Assembly: GCA_964016885.1 (NCBI GenBank)
Contig: OZ024740.1
Span: forward strand, 120,280,001 to 120,344,000
Direction: 5' to 3'
DNA: 64,000 nt
Source: Eledone cirrhosa
Lineage: Eukaryota
Shown here in pieces: positions 1-13,936 of this stretch (position 1 is the first letter of the stretch; each line of letters opens with the position of its first letter). Below the pieces are notes generated by a model that made no database searches, was not told the origin of the DNA, and worked only from the letters and a program-made list of their open reading frames with translations. Both the position numbers and the translations under genes were made by a program.

Positions 1-860
1 TGCAGTCAGGATACCCCAAATAGATACTATTCTTCAGGGATGTGCTTGCAGAGAAGATAATTTAGATCAAGCATCATACAGAGGAAGCATATATTTGATA
101 AATATTTACTTAAATAAAAATATTTCTTAATGATCAGAAAAATGAATATGTTTCACTAACAGAAGGACAGTGAACACAAAGTAGAAATCCTGTCTTTACA
201 CTCTTTTACTGTCACTAGGAAGTTGCAATCGAGAATCTAACAAACTATTGATTATTGTTGGAGTGAAAAGCTTTGAATATTACCTGAACCTAAGTTGAAA
301 AATAATTGCTAATGGTATTGCATCTTCAATGAACAAGAGAGGAGCATTTTGCTTCATAACAAAATGCTGTTAACAACTATATACATTGATACAATAAACT
401 GAATTTTGGTGAACAATGACCAAATGTCTAAAGGAAACTCTTTGAAACAGCATAATATATGAAAGAGACATATACTACCTGAAACCCCTGAACTATAACA
501 TGAATAAGCAAGAAGCATTGCTAATTCAGATTCTCCCTCTTAAAATTAAGTATTACAGTCTAAAGCAAACTTTGAAGTAATGGAACATTCAAACAAAGTA
601 ACATCAGGTAAACATGAAAATACATCCAGGATCTCAAAAAAGTAATTCATCAAGATTTTTTTAAGGGATTAGAATAAGTGAAAAAGTATAACCACTTATC
701 AAAATTAACCATGAAAGTAGTACAGCCTATTAGAGATGGAGCTAGAACTGTAACAGCAATATCACCCATTCAAAATCAGTGGGAAAGATTGTTTTCTTCA
801 TCGTAAATAATCCTATCAGATTTCATTTCTCTGAAGGGGCCTCTGGCAGAAGCAATTCTA
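1..860 (-). mobile_element. Possible highly decayed L1/Tx1-type reverse transcriptase remnant
   Basis: Scattered minus-strand traces in RT order (NRL-like, VMKQNAPLLFI..PLA resembling GVKQG.PLSPLLF..PLA, then YLG-like), with many stops and frameshifts. Weak. Confidence 0.2.
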
Positions 861-2132
861 TTTCTAAAAACAAGATGTTAGTGAATTTCAGATTCAATTT
901 TTTAAATTTAAATCCTAGCCTAGAGGTAAAATATATTATAGTATTATTATTATTATTTCTTTTAACTTTTAATCCTTTTGATACCAGCCTGCCTGAAACC
1001 TCTCTTGATTATATGTTACAAAACTGTTTATTCGTAAGTGTTTATATTTATCTATAAACCTATCATAACTTAATCTAAGAAGCTTTGTTCAGTGTATTTG
1101 AAACACCATACACGATAAGTTAGATGAGTTACAATGATTTAGCATAAAATACATTAAAATCAGTTTGGTAATTCGAATGTTTATATTGTCTTTATTAATT
1201 GACAGATAATTGCTAAATTTTACTGCATTAACATTATAACTGGTAATACTTCAGCAGAAAATATTTTTAAATGTTTATTTTTTAATTCAAATATTTATAG
1301 TATCTTTACTGAGGTGACCATTGCATTATTAGAATAAAAATGTCAATATTTAATGTGATGTAGTCATAGTGCTGTTTTCTACTTTTCAAGAATGTATTGC
1401 TGATGTGGTTTCATATAGTAAAGGATATTAAGAGCTAATGTGTCATTCACTTAAATTTGGTATACAAACAATGCTTTAATCTTGAAAATGAATGGATATG
1501 TATCTAATTCAGTTTATTATTGTTTTTTTTATGGTAATTTCTAACGTTGCTTTAGCTGATCAGGTTTTCAGTTTTATTTCCTTGAATTATTTTCAATAAT
1601 GTACTTTAACTTTTTGAACTGTCAAATATAGATAATCCTGATTTTCTTCATTGTATTTTTAGTTTATTTGTTTTATATTCTTTCATCTAATAACCATTTG
1701 ATAAGAAATCTCTTTTTAAAATAATTTGTTAGTTTTGTCTTATGCTTAATGTCTGTAACTTCTTTAATACAGCAAACATTTAAAGGCTATTACCCTGCTA
1801 AAACAGGAATTATCCTTGGAGGCGACACTACAAACTTCATACACATCATGAGGTCCTTTTTTAGAAAATGGTTTATGATTGGTTCCTCTCACCTTTTAGT
1901 CATCTCTTACAATACAACATGCATACATACAATCTATTTACTTTACCCTGGATAAGAACACTATATTCTTAAATTTAATAATACATATAAAAATACCTCA
2001 ATGGCTTTTAAACTCAAAATTGAACACATTTGAGTACTTAAAATTAGCTTGATGATTTACATTGTTAGCAATAAAATGTTTTGTATGTTGTTTGCTTTCA
2101 GCCAATATAAGCAATATATGATTAGTTTAAAT

Positions 2133-2278
2133 CAGTCAGGGACAAATGCTGGCCCATTTGCTTTCCGAATGGCATGCCTAATTTCAAAATTCCATTGAAT
2201 ATTTAAGTAGTGTGGCTCTTCTTATGATGAGCCACATCCTATGCAACCAACTACTCAAACAAATGTTGTCCATGCCTG
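2133..2278. mobile_element. hAT (Charlie-like) MITE, 146 bp
   Basis: Imperfect TIRs cagtcagggacaa / ttgtccatgcctg, flanked by an identical 8-bp TSD gtttaaat (2125-2132 and 2279-2286). Confidence 0.7.
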
Positions 2279-4389
2279 GTTTAAATCCAAACAGGAATTG
2301 TAATTAGCAGTACCATAAATTGATAAGACTTAGCTTTTGTGTTCTGACTTCATAACTTTAGCCAGAAGTCCAGTACATCAATCTCACAACAACTGCATTT
2401 CTTAATATGCTTTCATAGTTGTCTGTGATTGTATATATATATTTATATATAAACCTCCACATAGGCAGACATTCCTCTGACTGTATATAGACATGATATA
2501 TGTAATCATCATATTTACGTCTGCCTTTCCATGATTGCATGGGTTGGACTAATGTGTGTGTGTGGGGGGGGGGGGGTGCATGTGCTATTATGGCACCAAT
2601 TAGATTGGATGGGATGTATTACATTCAGAAGATATGTCTAAATTAAAGTTAAAATAAATTTGTGTCTGTTTTTAATATTTTTACCATGCATTGAACTTTT
2701 CAGGAGGTATTACTATTGTAATAAAGGGATTCACAAGTTTGAAATAATTGTTCATCAATTTCAAATTCTTTTACCAAAGGAATATTTCGTGGCTATTATT
2801 TTATCAGAAATGAAGATAAGCAAGCGATTTTAATTTTAGAGAAACATTGTCTGAAACACTCCCTTGCTTTTGTTAAAGATAATCTCAATACTCCCATCAT
2901 TCACATAGTATTGGAAATCCTAATAAAAACCATCATCATCAAAAATAGTTAAAATTTGGCATGAGTTCAATGGGTGATCACAGACCAATTATGTACTTAA
3001 CCAGACAAGCCAAAGACCATGACCCACTTACACGTTATGGTTTTGGCCAGATACCTTTACTAACATTTTAAGAGTATCCAAGATTTATCAACTCATAACA
3101 CCAGCACTGTGAAGGTTGCCATGTCCCTGACACCACTAAAGAGGATTTACAACGATTTGGCCAGCATACCATCAACCACTTTACATGGCAACAATACTAC
3201 AGATGTTATTGTGTCCCTGACACAATTGAAGAGTCGATTTAACCATTCAAAACAGTAAGGAACAAATAAAAAACACGAGTTTCACCGAAATTTCAGCATG
3301 GTGGTTATTTTCTGAACATTTTTGTAATCAGAAATTCCATGTTCAATGTACCCACAATATATCGTTTCTTATGAAATAGATAGCCCCTAGAGAAACATTT
3401 TAGCAATGATAGGTGAAGTATTGATTTTGGATTTAAGTGGAATCTGTATGGAACGATAAGTATGAGTGGTTATGAGTTCAATACTAATATTTCCAGTTGA
3501 CTGATACTGAGATGTCAATGTGAGGGAGATTGTATACTGATTACTTTCTGCATGTGCAGCAAGCATTTTATGAAACTGCCAGCCTTACTGCTTTCCTAGA
3601 AACAATATCCTAACTATTAGACAACTATTATATTATTTCTATTGCTTCTTGACGCATATTTTCCAAAGTTTTCAATGCTTTTCAATCTATTCTTTGATGA
3701 TGATTTTAGTTGATGTAATGGAAATACTATATGAGCCACAGCAGAATTGGTCAAGATGACCAGAGTGCTTTACATATATTTAGAGAAAGAGAAATCTAAC
3801 TAATTTTTAGAAGAATAAAAGAAAATATTAAAATCTTTCCTTGGTTCTGTCTCACACAACACAAACATATTTGAAAAGACAGTCAAATACATAGTGAGTT
3901 GAATATATATACTGGCAAATCAGCTTTTATAAAAACTCTACTTGTACAGATAATATGGTGATATTAATACACATTTTTATTAGCATTAAAAGGCTGTATA
4001 GACCACTTATATAAGTTATAGATGTATCATTTTGAATATCAAAAGAAAAAAGTTAAACATTTTGTTGCAAGAACAGTTGTTTATATCAATCCCAGTACTT
4101 GATAAGTACTATTTTATCTACAGGCTATAACCCAAACCTGAAGAAACTAATGTACCAATTATTAACCAAAAATAGTAATTGATCTGTAAGATTTGAAATG
4201 TATCTGAGTGTACTAAGTATAAGAATGAAGCAAAAAAATATTAACTGGAAACAAACTTTACAATAAATAAAATATACAAAATCGTTAAGAAATATGTGAC
4301 TAACTGTTTGATTATGTTTTATTTCATAAAATAGTATGAAAATCTTTGTGAAATAAAAAAAATTAGGTTATCTAAAGTATGAAATGATG

Positions 4390-5690
4390 GTAAGAAACTC
4401 TCAGGAGAGCTGGACAGCAAAAGGTCTTCAGAGAAGAAACTCCACTCGAGGGAGTGTTTTGTCCCTTTACTTCTTACACTCTAAGGGGTCCAGGGCACAT
4501 CCAGGTCATAACTCCTGGGTGCCATTCTGCTGACATTTAGCCAGTTGGACTTGCTGTGTATTTAAACCGATGGAGATATTGTTAAAAGGGTCTAGCTGAA
4601 TATCCTCTCCGTTGCTTCTGCTTTCAAACGTATATTTAAATGCTTTCTTGAATTGGAAAAATAACGTTGGTAGACATGGTAGTGGTGAGACATCAACAGT
4701 ATTGTTGGCACCACCAACACTATAAACCTCAACTGACTCAGAGTTACTTCCCTTAGTGTATGTGAAAATAAAAACATGATGTTTGTCATGTGGTACGGAG
4801 ATTGTTTTTGTTCCTCCTCAAACAGATCCAGCTGGAACTTTTTTCTGCTGCCTCTGATATTGCCTTTAGGCCTTTGTTCCTTGTCTTCCCAGAGAGTGAA
4901 ATTCGTTTCATGAGATTCTAGGCAGATTTGCTCACAAAGCCTCTGACTCTAACCTATATGGTGAGGACTTTGACTTGGAAGTCAGCTTCCCTCAGGCTGT
5001 TGGCCAAGCAAGCATATTTTTCAGTTTTACATACATGTGCTTCTTCTAATCTACTTTCAAATGGCATGCTAAGATCAATCAAAATTAGCTGTTTTGATGA
5101 ACTGGAATGCAGTACGATATCCGGCCTCAAACCACTGTTTCTGATTATTTCTGTTTTGGTGATGCTGGGAGATCTGCTGTACATACTTAGTCATCCACAC
5201 CACTCAATTCCTGTGCCTTTTATGGCATAGCTGTTTCTGACCATGGTTTGCTGCCTCCTGCTATATAGAATGTTGTTGGAGATTCCTGTACTATGGGTTT
5301 TGTTATTACTGTACATGATACACATATATGATCTTCTTCAGCACTTGATTGTGTCTTCATGTGTAACTACCCTGGGATAGTGCTACTCTGCATGAGTTCA
5401 GAACGTGTTTCACTGCCTGTCTACCATGGCAGAGTGAGCTCTCAGGAGTATCTGACTCGCCCCCCTCTCCCATCGTTGCCCACTTGCCTAGACTAAATTC
5501 GTATTCAAGAGCAGGAGATCATAGACAGATATGAGAAGAAGACTGATTTTGTGAGGCGCCATATGTCACAAGTCATTCCAACTGAGGCACTTCTGGAGTA
5601 CACATTCCTGCGCCATCCACTAGCCCTGTTGTCTCTTCCGGAGTCTTCTGGAATTCTCTTAACTTCTGGTAAAATCAGATCTCTCCTCTT
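4390..5690 (-). mobile_element. Decayed 5'-truncated HERO/R2-type non-LTR retrotransposon (zinc knuckle plus restriction-like endonuclease)
   Basis: Minus-strand translation with stops: QQG*W..LSWNDL*HMAPHKISLLLISVYDLL; LCHGRQAVKHVLNSCRVALSQGSYT*RHNQVL (degenerate CCHC); LRPDIVLHS..LILIDLSMPFESRLEEAH..KY (PD-D/ExK RLE, ORF 4954-5184); VRVRGFV..AISEAAEKSSSWICLRR. Confidence 0.85.
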
Positions 5691-5995
5691 CTTTTAAGTA
5701 CTGGTCTCAATATATTTGTTCTGACCTGCTTTAGCTAACCTAATTTCTTAATTTCACAAATTATGAAATTAGGTTGTCTAAATTATGAAATGATGATTTC
5801 TAATTTAGGCACAATGTTAAAATCTTTCAGGTGGGAACAAATATATTGGGACCATTACTTAAAACAATAGTTTATCTACTCCAAAGGGATGAATCAATCC
5901 CAGCACGCATTGAACTCATGACAAAAAGGAAAGTAACAAAATACTACAAGATGTGCTGTCAAATGCACTACAAATTCTGCTAGTCCACATTCTAT

Positions 5996-6182
5996 ATGGC
6001 AATAAAACTAAAAGTAGATGGATTTTGATCCAATCTCATAACATTCATTTATTTCTTTTGATTGAAATATCTCCTTAATTGTATTGTCTTATAATTAGTA
6101 ATAACAAAAAGGCCTAATACTAAAAGTAAGAAATGAATGTTATGAGCTAGGATCAGGATCCAGCTCCTTTTATTTTTGTCAC
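5996..6182. repeat. Imperfect inverted repeat, about 60-bp arms (MITE-like)
   Basis: aaactaaaagtagatggattttgatccaatctcataacattcattt matches the reverse complement of aaatgaatgttatgagctaggatcaggatccagctccttttatttt. Confidence 0.7.
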
Positions 6183-6413
6183 ATAAATATTTGCATTCAG
6201 CCATAGACACCAAGCCAAAACAGGGCATATGAACAGAACTAAGTCAAGAGACCTGTGTGGCCTCAGCATGCAACAGCCATTGCAAGCACGGAAAATAGAT
6301 ATTGAACTGTGATGATAGATATTGAACTGTGATGATATATATATACTGTATATATATTCATGTGATGCTAATAGGCATGATAATCAGTACTCAATACTGA
6401 AATACTCTTTACT

Positions 6414-6515
6414 GTGTTGAGTCTTGATACTCTGGAGCTTCACATGTGTACTCTCAGGATCATTGATGATCCTGTTAGTACACAGGTGAAACTCCAAAGT
6501 AATAAGATTCATCAC
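6414..6515. repeat. Long imperfect hairpin, about 50-bp arms
   Basis: gtgttgagtcttgatactctggagcttcacatgtgtactctcaggatca pairs with tgatcctgttagtacacaggtgaaactccaaagtaataagattcatcac, with almost no loop. Confidence 0.8.
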
Positions 6516-6892
6516 TTAACCATGATGAAGGGGTATAGGGTATAGAACAAAATAAGGTTCAGAAAGACTGTTCTAGATGTCCAAAGTGATAAGTGTGATT
6601 ATAACTTGTTTGCTACATATCTTAGTCATCTGAGGCAAAATATTAAACAGTGATGAATTATACTGTTTTCCTTTGTTTTTAAAATAAATATATCATATCC
6701 CTACATATAACAATTGAATAAAAGAATTGGAATCAAGCTCAGCATCCAATAATAAAACACTGCTTTAAAATGTCATATCTAAGCCATGCCAGCATGGAAA
6801 AGTGGATGTACAAATGACATCAATGATTTTGTCAAGTAAAGAAACAAAATATATTCATTAATGTACCTCTATCATTATCATCATGATTATCA

Positions 6893-7112
6893 GGAGCAGT
6901 GAATTGGCAGTATCGATAGAGCATTGGACACAATGATTTGTGGCATAGAGTTATGGCCCTTTACATTCTGATTTCTAATCCTGCTGTGCTAGATTTGCCT
7001 TTTATGCTCACAGGGGTCAATAAAATAAAGTACCAGTAACACAATGAGGTCGATTTAATCGACTTTCCCCTTCCAAAATATAGTTATTCTTATGCCTAAA
7101 TCAGAAACCATT
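6893..7112 (+). mobile_element. tRNA-derived SINE family 2, diverged copy
   Basis: ttggcagtatcgatagagc head, gccttttatgctcacaggggtcaataaaataaagtaccag core and tgcctaaatcagaaac tail; homologous to 43234-43411. Confidence 0.65.
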
Positions 7113-8973
7113 ATCATGATCAACGTTTTCATCAGCATGGGTTGAATGGGTCATCGCTCTCTAAGTCAGTTTTCACTTGGGGTTCTGCCCTCCTATACAG
7201 GCTAGAGACAACATCATGATTATGCATTTATATAACTATATATGAATTAAATCCTCGATAACAAAGTATTGGATTTATACAGTTCCTCTACTCCATGGAA
7301 ATAAGTCCTGGAATGTTTAAGTCTACAATAACTGGTTTCTTTATAACTGTCTTTGTATTGTATTTTTAATATTAAGTATTTTTAAGTAAGTTGTTTAGCT
7401 TTATAAGTTGGCAAAATTTGGTGAATTTTCTTTTACCTCTGATTTAAGAACAACATTTCCATTATGTTGTTGATAAAGTTTGTGGAAGTTTACTTAATGA
7501 CTTTTGATTCCAGTATGAAGTTTACAAACCCAAACCCATCACAAACAAACTAGATACACAATTCTTTAACAGCATTTACTTCATTTTAAACTCTTAGTAA
7601 AAGATTCAGTAAAAGAAATTGAAAAATTGGAAGCTGTAATTCTAAATATACTCTGAAATATTTGCCAAAACAAATGACAGATTTATCCCCTCTTTGTTTT
7701 AAGTAGTTACTTTAATACTGGAACTTCAAATTAAAATGTAGTGTTCACAGTTCTTAGCTCAAACATTCACTATTAATTCACTTATTGACCAGTCACAATA
7801 TTTTACCTTGTACCTTTTCCCAACTAGCCATTAATCTGACTTTACCTATGAACACCAAAGTAAATGTCTTAGATATATTATATGGAACAAGTCCAGTACT
7901 ATGCTTCCCGTTTCAAACAACATTCTTTAATTTTAGTAGTTCATAAATATTCACTTCTGATATATTGTTTTATTAGTTTATTTGACATGTATGGTAAATA
8001 AATGGTTTAAATGTAAAATTTGTAGGAGATGAATTAAAAGAGCTGTTGGCATTATGTTAAAGTCTTAAATAGGTATTCAACACAACTTGCTTTAAAATTA
8101 ATGAACCAAAGAAATTAAATTCTGTCATTTTTCCTAATTGAGAGACAAATGCATAGTTATAATACAACATATAGGAAGTATGTGGGTATATATTAACACA
8201 TATTTGTATATACATATTTGTCCTGTACATGTTTCATTCAGTATTGATAATAATTGATAAGACTACTGTATCATTACGACAATGATCATCATCTTCAAAA
8301 TCATCATTTAACGTCCATTTTTCCATGCTGGCATCGGTTGGACAGGTTGTCATGAAGTAAATAAGTGTTACTGTCCTCTCACCAACATTTTGCTTACATA
8401 TACATATACACACATATACACACATGTATATCATGACTCATAAACTATTCACTTCCCTGACATTTGTATATTATTCTATGTACTATACATGCACCTTTGA
8501 CGAGTTGTAGTGCACCTGAGCACTGTACACAATAATTTCATTATTATTATATTATATATTCTAGTGTCAGGAGAGTTTCTGTGGTGGTATATCACCAACA
8601 ATTTTACAGAGTGTACTGTAATTATTTTGTCATGGCAGCAGCCCTAGTGAGCTTATGTTATTCATACAACAGAAGTGTCCACTCAACCCTTTGTTTGGCA
8701 TTATTTCTACAGCTTGATGTGTTTCCTGTACCTTGCAAAATATCAGGTAGGTGTTGCTTTATAGTTCCAAAATTGTGAATAAGTTCATAAAAGCATTAAC
8801 TACAATAACTCAAGTAGTTATTAGCTATCTACTTCAGGAACACTTTGGTCCATAGCAGTGAGTAACTAGAGGAATGTAAAGCTCGCTCAAGTTGTTCAAA
8901 TGTAAAGTTACAAGTTAATAAAATTAAATAAATACAGCCAACTTCTGTCCAACTATTCCAGTCATAGAAATTG

Positions 8974-9692
8974 GAACAGCAATGTTACATGGTAGTGAGA
9001 CCTGGGCGGTGAAGGTGGAAGACTTACGTAGATTAGAAAGAAACGAAGCCTGCATGCTCCGATGGATGTGTAATAGTAATATACGCGAACGGCAAAGCAT
9101 AAATGAATTGAGAGAGACACTGAGCAAAAGAGGAATCAAATGCTGTGTGCAGGAGAGGCGGTTGCATTGGTATGGACATGTGATGCATATGAAGGATGAC
9201 AGCTGCATAAAAAGGTTCAGAGCACTAGAAGTCAATGGAAACCGTGGAGTGGGGAGATCTAAGAAGACCTGGGATGAGGTGATAAAAGCCGACCTTACCC
9301 AATTACACCTCTCAAAGCCGATGACACATGACCGTGACCTCTGGCGTCACACAGTAATACAGAGTACCCGACCTCCCATGGGTACAAGCTGAAGCATATA
9401 GACAATATGCCCCCACACCCTCCCACTGCAAAGTGGTCGTGGAGGTGCCATGGCAAAAAAGCACCCAGCCCACACTGTAAAGTGGACGTGTAGGCGCCAT
9501 GGAAAAAAGCACCCAGCACTCACTGTAAATGAGGTTGGTGTTAGGAAGGGCATCCAGCTGTAGAAATCAAGCCAAAATCAGTTCCTGTGTGAGCAAGGCA
9601 TGGTCAGCCGACCAGACACTGCCCACAACAGAACAACCCGTCTAACCCATGCTAGCATGGAAGAACGGATGTAAGATGATGATGATGATGAT
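8974..9692 (+). mobile_element. 5'-truncated RTE LINE, subfamily A 3' end
   Basis: ORF 8982-9392 is nearly identical to the C-terminus of 24950-28069; same 3' UTR and (GAT)n tail. Confidence 0.95.
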
Positions 9693-10010
9693 ATAATCTA
9701 TTATGATGATGACATTGATATTTTTTAACTTGTGGGAAGAGGGAGAGGGTGATTTATATATGAAGAGAGAGAAAAAAAAAAGGAGAACCTGTAGTGCTGA
9801 AACCAAGAAGATCACAAATCAGGGGAGTACTCTATGCATGGGAAGAAGCAGAGTGGGTATAGAGGAAGGTAAAAACATGACCAAGGCACCAATCAGTTTC
9901 GGCTTGTATTCAGCAAGTCTTTTCAAATAGATCCTTGAAAAGGCTTGTTGAATACAAGCCAAAACCACTTGGCATTGTGATTGTTTTTTTAAAAATATTT
10001 TGAAGTGAAT

Positions 10011-10038
10011 GTGACCCAACAGGTCACGGGTGGTCTAG
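10011..10038 (+). mobile_element. Helitron-like 3' terminus
   Basis: Hairpin gtgacc-caaca-ggtcac followed 7 nt later by CTAG and then T; a related motif is at 37628-37667. Confidence 0.35.
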
Positions 10039-10449
10039 TATATATATAAAATTATCATTCCACACTTATACTTATATGGAAACATGTATATTTATATATG
10101 TATGTGTATATATAAATACATATAGATACGTGCATATAAGTATACATGTGTGATGATATATACACACACACACACACATATATATAAATATATATACAAG
10201 ATGATCTCAGACCAAAACTGTAACACTTCAATTCTGTTAGAAATTTAAGCTAGATTTTCTCAACTTGAATTGAAAGAACTGTAAAACTATAACAACTACA
10301 AAAGCATATCTTGATATTATCCTCCGATTTGTCTAGAAAGGTAGTAACTGACTATATATTGACTTGAACTGTGACGACCCATCCATCCAATATGAGCATA
10401 GCAGGGTAAGTGGGTATATGTTGAAGATGATGATGATGACAATGATGAT

Positions 10450-10516
10450 ATATATTTTACATCTTAAAAGGTGACAGTTATTAAGTAACTGTCACCTTTT
10501 AAGACATAAAATATAT
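10450..10516. repeat. Near-perfect palindrome
   Basis: tcttaaaaggtgacagtta-ttaag-taactgtcaccttttaaga: 19-bp perfect stem extended by atatatttta/taaaatatat. Confidence 0.85.
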
Positions 10517-10715
10517 TTATTTGACTTGATATTTTATATCGATTTCTGAATCAGATGTTTAATCACTCTACAAAATACATCCATCTATAATATATACTTC
10601 TACAATAAAATTTGTAGATCTGTTGCTACTTTCTCTATATAAATTGAATATTAAAACTCTACTTTGGCATTGAATACTCCTTTCTCTCAGCCATCAACCA
10701 CATATGGATATATAT

Positions 10716-10768
10716 AACGAAGGAAGTGTGGTAAGGGACCATTGGACCATAATGCACCAGAGTACTCT
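10716..10768 (-). repeat. Short dispersed repeat (probable Penelope-end fragment), copy 1
   Basis: Reverse complement of gagtactctggtgcattatggtcca...cttaccacacttccttcgtt; other copies at 18013, 52858 and 63698. Confidence 0.7.
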
Positions 10769-11121
10769 CGGCAGAGCCCAAGCCGTTTCAATGGCTATTT
10801 CTGGACTAAATTAGAATTTTTAGCGTGGTAAATAAATAGCTGAACTTTTCAAGGGGTAAATCCTTATATGGGAAGATTTTATTTGTCAAGAGGATTGGTC
10901 AAAATTTCTTGTTAACACAATTAAGTCTATCATGGCAGTTGATGGGAGGTGGGGGTGGTGCCGTTGGGGTCAAACATTTTCCTATATATATATATATATA
11001 TATAACATATGCCTTTTTCCCATTGTGTGGCCTAATATTATACTATTTTCTGTAATCAGTTTTACGGTGAAGCTTCTAATCCTATTTTCAATCATCACCG
11101 TAACCTAATTCATACGTGATC

Positions 11122-11184
<63 letters not shown>

Positions 11185-11242
11185 TCCACAGAACCAGATC
11201 TGTTCATTTATATGAAACCATATATATATATATATATATATC

Positions 11243-13936
11243 TCCCAACATAGACTGATAATTAGCGACCTCATAGTCAGGACGAGACGTACTCGACAGC
11301 AGAAGAGGACTATCCTCAGGAGGAAAATATGGAAACTAAAGGACCCCACAGCCAGAAATAAATTTCAAAGCATATTACTTGATGCTTTCGACAGTAAGGA
11401 AGAGCATCTAGAATCGGACAATATAGAGGGACAGTGGGAATTTCTGAAAGCAAACCTGCTGTTGGCGACAGACGAAGTCTGTGGCTGGAGCAGGCCTGTA
11501 GGCAGGAGGAGAGTAACATGGTGGTGGAACAGTAGGGTGGAGGGGTCAATTAAGGCCAAAAAGCAGGCTTGGAAAGTATGGCGGGATGGGGGAAGTAGAG
11601 TAGACTATCAAGTGGCCAGGAGGGAAGCTAGGAGAGAAGTGTACTTAGCAAGAAGGGAAGCTGAGGAAAGAAAGTTCAAGCATGTTCTACAACGCGATGA
11701 CCAAAAACGTGAGGTGTTCAGGATTGCCAGGCAATGCGTCAAGGAAAACCGTGATATTGTCGGGGAGAAGTGTGTACTTAACGATGATGGCATACTTGCC
11801 ATCACCGACACTGATAAGAAGGTAGCTTGGAAGTGTCACTATGAAAGGCTACTAAATGAGGAGAATAAATGGGAGAAAGACAGTCTCCCCCATATCGACC
11901 CGATAGAGGGACCAGCAGTGTTAGTCGAGGGGAGTATAATAAGTAAGGCAATCAAGGATATGAAGACTGGTAAGGCGGCTGGGCCTTCGGAAATAGTTGC
12001 TGAGATGCTGAAGGCATCTGGCACGGTGGGGCACACCATGGTCACCCGCATAGTTAACCAAGTCGTACAGAATGGGGTTGTTCCGAAGGACTGGCATAGC
12101 AGCATCATCGTTAACTGTTATAAGGGTAAAGGAGAGGCCCTAGATAGGAGTAACTATAGAGGCATTAAATTAATCGACCAGGTCATGAAGGTCACGGAAA
12201 AAGTAATAGCGCAACTAATCAGAGAGAGAATTGATCTAGATGAAATGCAGTTCGGGTTTGTGTCAGGCAAAAGCACCACAGACGCTCTTTTCATAGTACG
12301 ACAACTACAGGAGAAGTACCTAGCTAAAGGTAAACCCCTCTACTTAGCTTTTGTCGACCTGGAGAAAGCCTTCGACAGAGTCCCCCGCTCCATTATCTGG
12401 TGGGCTCTTAGAAAACTAGGCGTTGACGAATGGCTTGTGAGGGCTATACAAGCCTTGTATAAAGAAACAGTCAGCAAGGTTAGAATTAACAACGAATATA
12501 GTGAAGAGTTTAGCGTAAAAGTTGGCGTCCATCAGGGCTCTGTTCTCAGCCCCCTACTATTTATTATTGCCCTTCAGGCTATAACAGAGGAGTTCAAGAC
12601 AGGCTGCCCATGGGAACTCCTATACGCAGACGACCTGACACTCATAGCGGAATCAATGGCCGAGCTAGAGAAGAAATTCCAAACATGGAAGCACGGCCTA
12701 GAGTCAAAAGGACTTAAAATTAACCTGGCTGAGACCAAAGTTCTAGTTTGTAGGAAAGAAAACAAGGCGGCGGTCCCTTCTGGGAAATGGTCGTGCTCGG
12801 TATGTAGGAAAGGCGTAGGTAGAAACTCCATCTTATGTCCTAAATGCAAAGTATGGGTGCATAAAAGATGTAGTGGGATCACAGGTAAGCTAACTAAGAA
12901 CATAGACTTTACATGTGGCCGGTGTTCTGGTGCAATAAGTAGCAGCAAGTGCCCACAAAATACTAGCTCTTTCAATTGCGCAGAGGGTTCTATAGAAATA
13001 GTGGACAGCTTCCGTTACCTGGGCGATAAAATCAGCAGTGGGGGAGGGTGCTCTGAAAGTACTGTAGCTAGAGTCAGAACTGGTTGGAAAAAGTTCAGAG
13101 AGCTTATACCACTATTAGCTGCTAAAGGGTTCTCCCTAAAAATGAAAGGCAGGTTGTACGATGCCTGCATACGAACAGCAATGTTGCATGGTAGTGAGAC
13201 CTGGGCATTGTGTGCAGAGAATATACGCAGACTAGAGAGGAACGAAGCTTGCATGCTCCGCTGGATGTGTAACAGTAATATACGTGAACGGCAAAGCATA
13301 AACGAACTAAGGAAAAAATTAGAGATAAGAGGGATCAGATGTTGTTTACTCGAGAGAAGGCTGCGTTGGTATGGACACGTGATGCGCATGAAAGTCGATA
13401 GCTGTATTACAAAGTGCAGGGCAATAAAGATAGACGGTAGCCACGGAATAGGCAGACCTAGAAAAACATGGGATGAGCTGATAAACTCCGACCTCACACA
13501 CTTACACCTCTCCAAGACAATGTCACTGGACCGTGACCTTTGGCGGTACTCAGTAACAGAGAAGACCCGCCTTGCCAGTAGGCATCTCTAACAAAATACA
13601 CCCCATCCCGCCACCACCCCCACCCCATCCACACCACCCCGTTCTATGTAAAGTTATGTTGGTGCCGCGCCATCCAGGCCGAAACAAATGAGATCGTGTA
13701 GGTGTCACGACAAAAAAACACAGTCCACGCTGTAATGTGGCCGTGTAGGCATCACGGTAAAAACCTCCCAGACCCACACTGTAAATGTGGTTGGTGTTAG
13801 GAAGGGCATCCAACTGTAGAAAACCTGCCAGACAGTCCTATGCGAGCAAGACAATCACTCTAGCCTCAAGTGGGACTACCCCCGTCCAAACCCATGCAAG
13901 CGTGGAACACGGACGTTAAACGTTGATGATGATGAT
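11243..13936 (+). mobile_element. 5'-truncated RTE LINE, subfamily B, with an uninterrupted RT ORF
   Basis: Frame is open from 11243 (SQHRLIISD, end of the APE domain) to 13591; contains FVDLEKAFD, GVHQGSVLSP, YADD and a PHD-like insert, then a 3' UTR and (GAT)n tail. Starts at a (TA)n tract. Confidence 0.95.

Noticed and set aside
7970-7995. Minus-strand HTCQIN resembling the Ig F-strand
   Set aside because: Immediately followed by a stop, with no upstream Ig motifs or splice sites.
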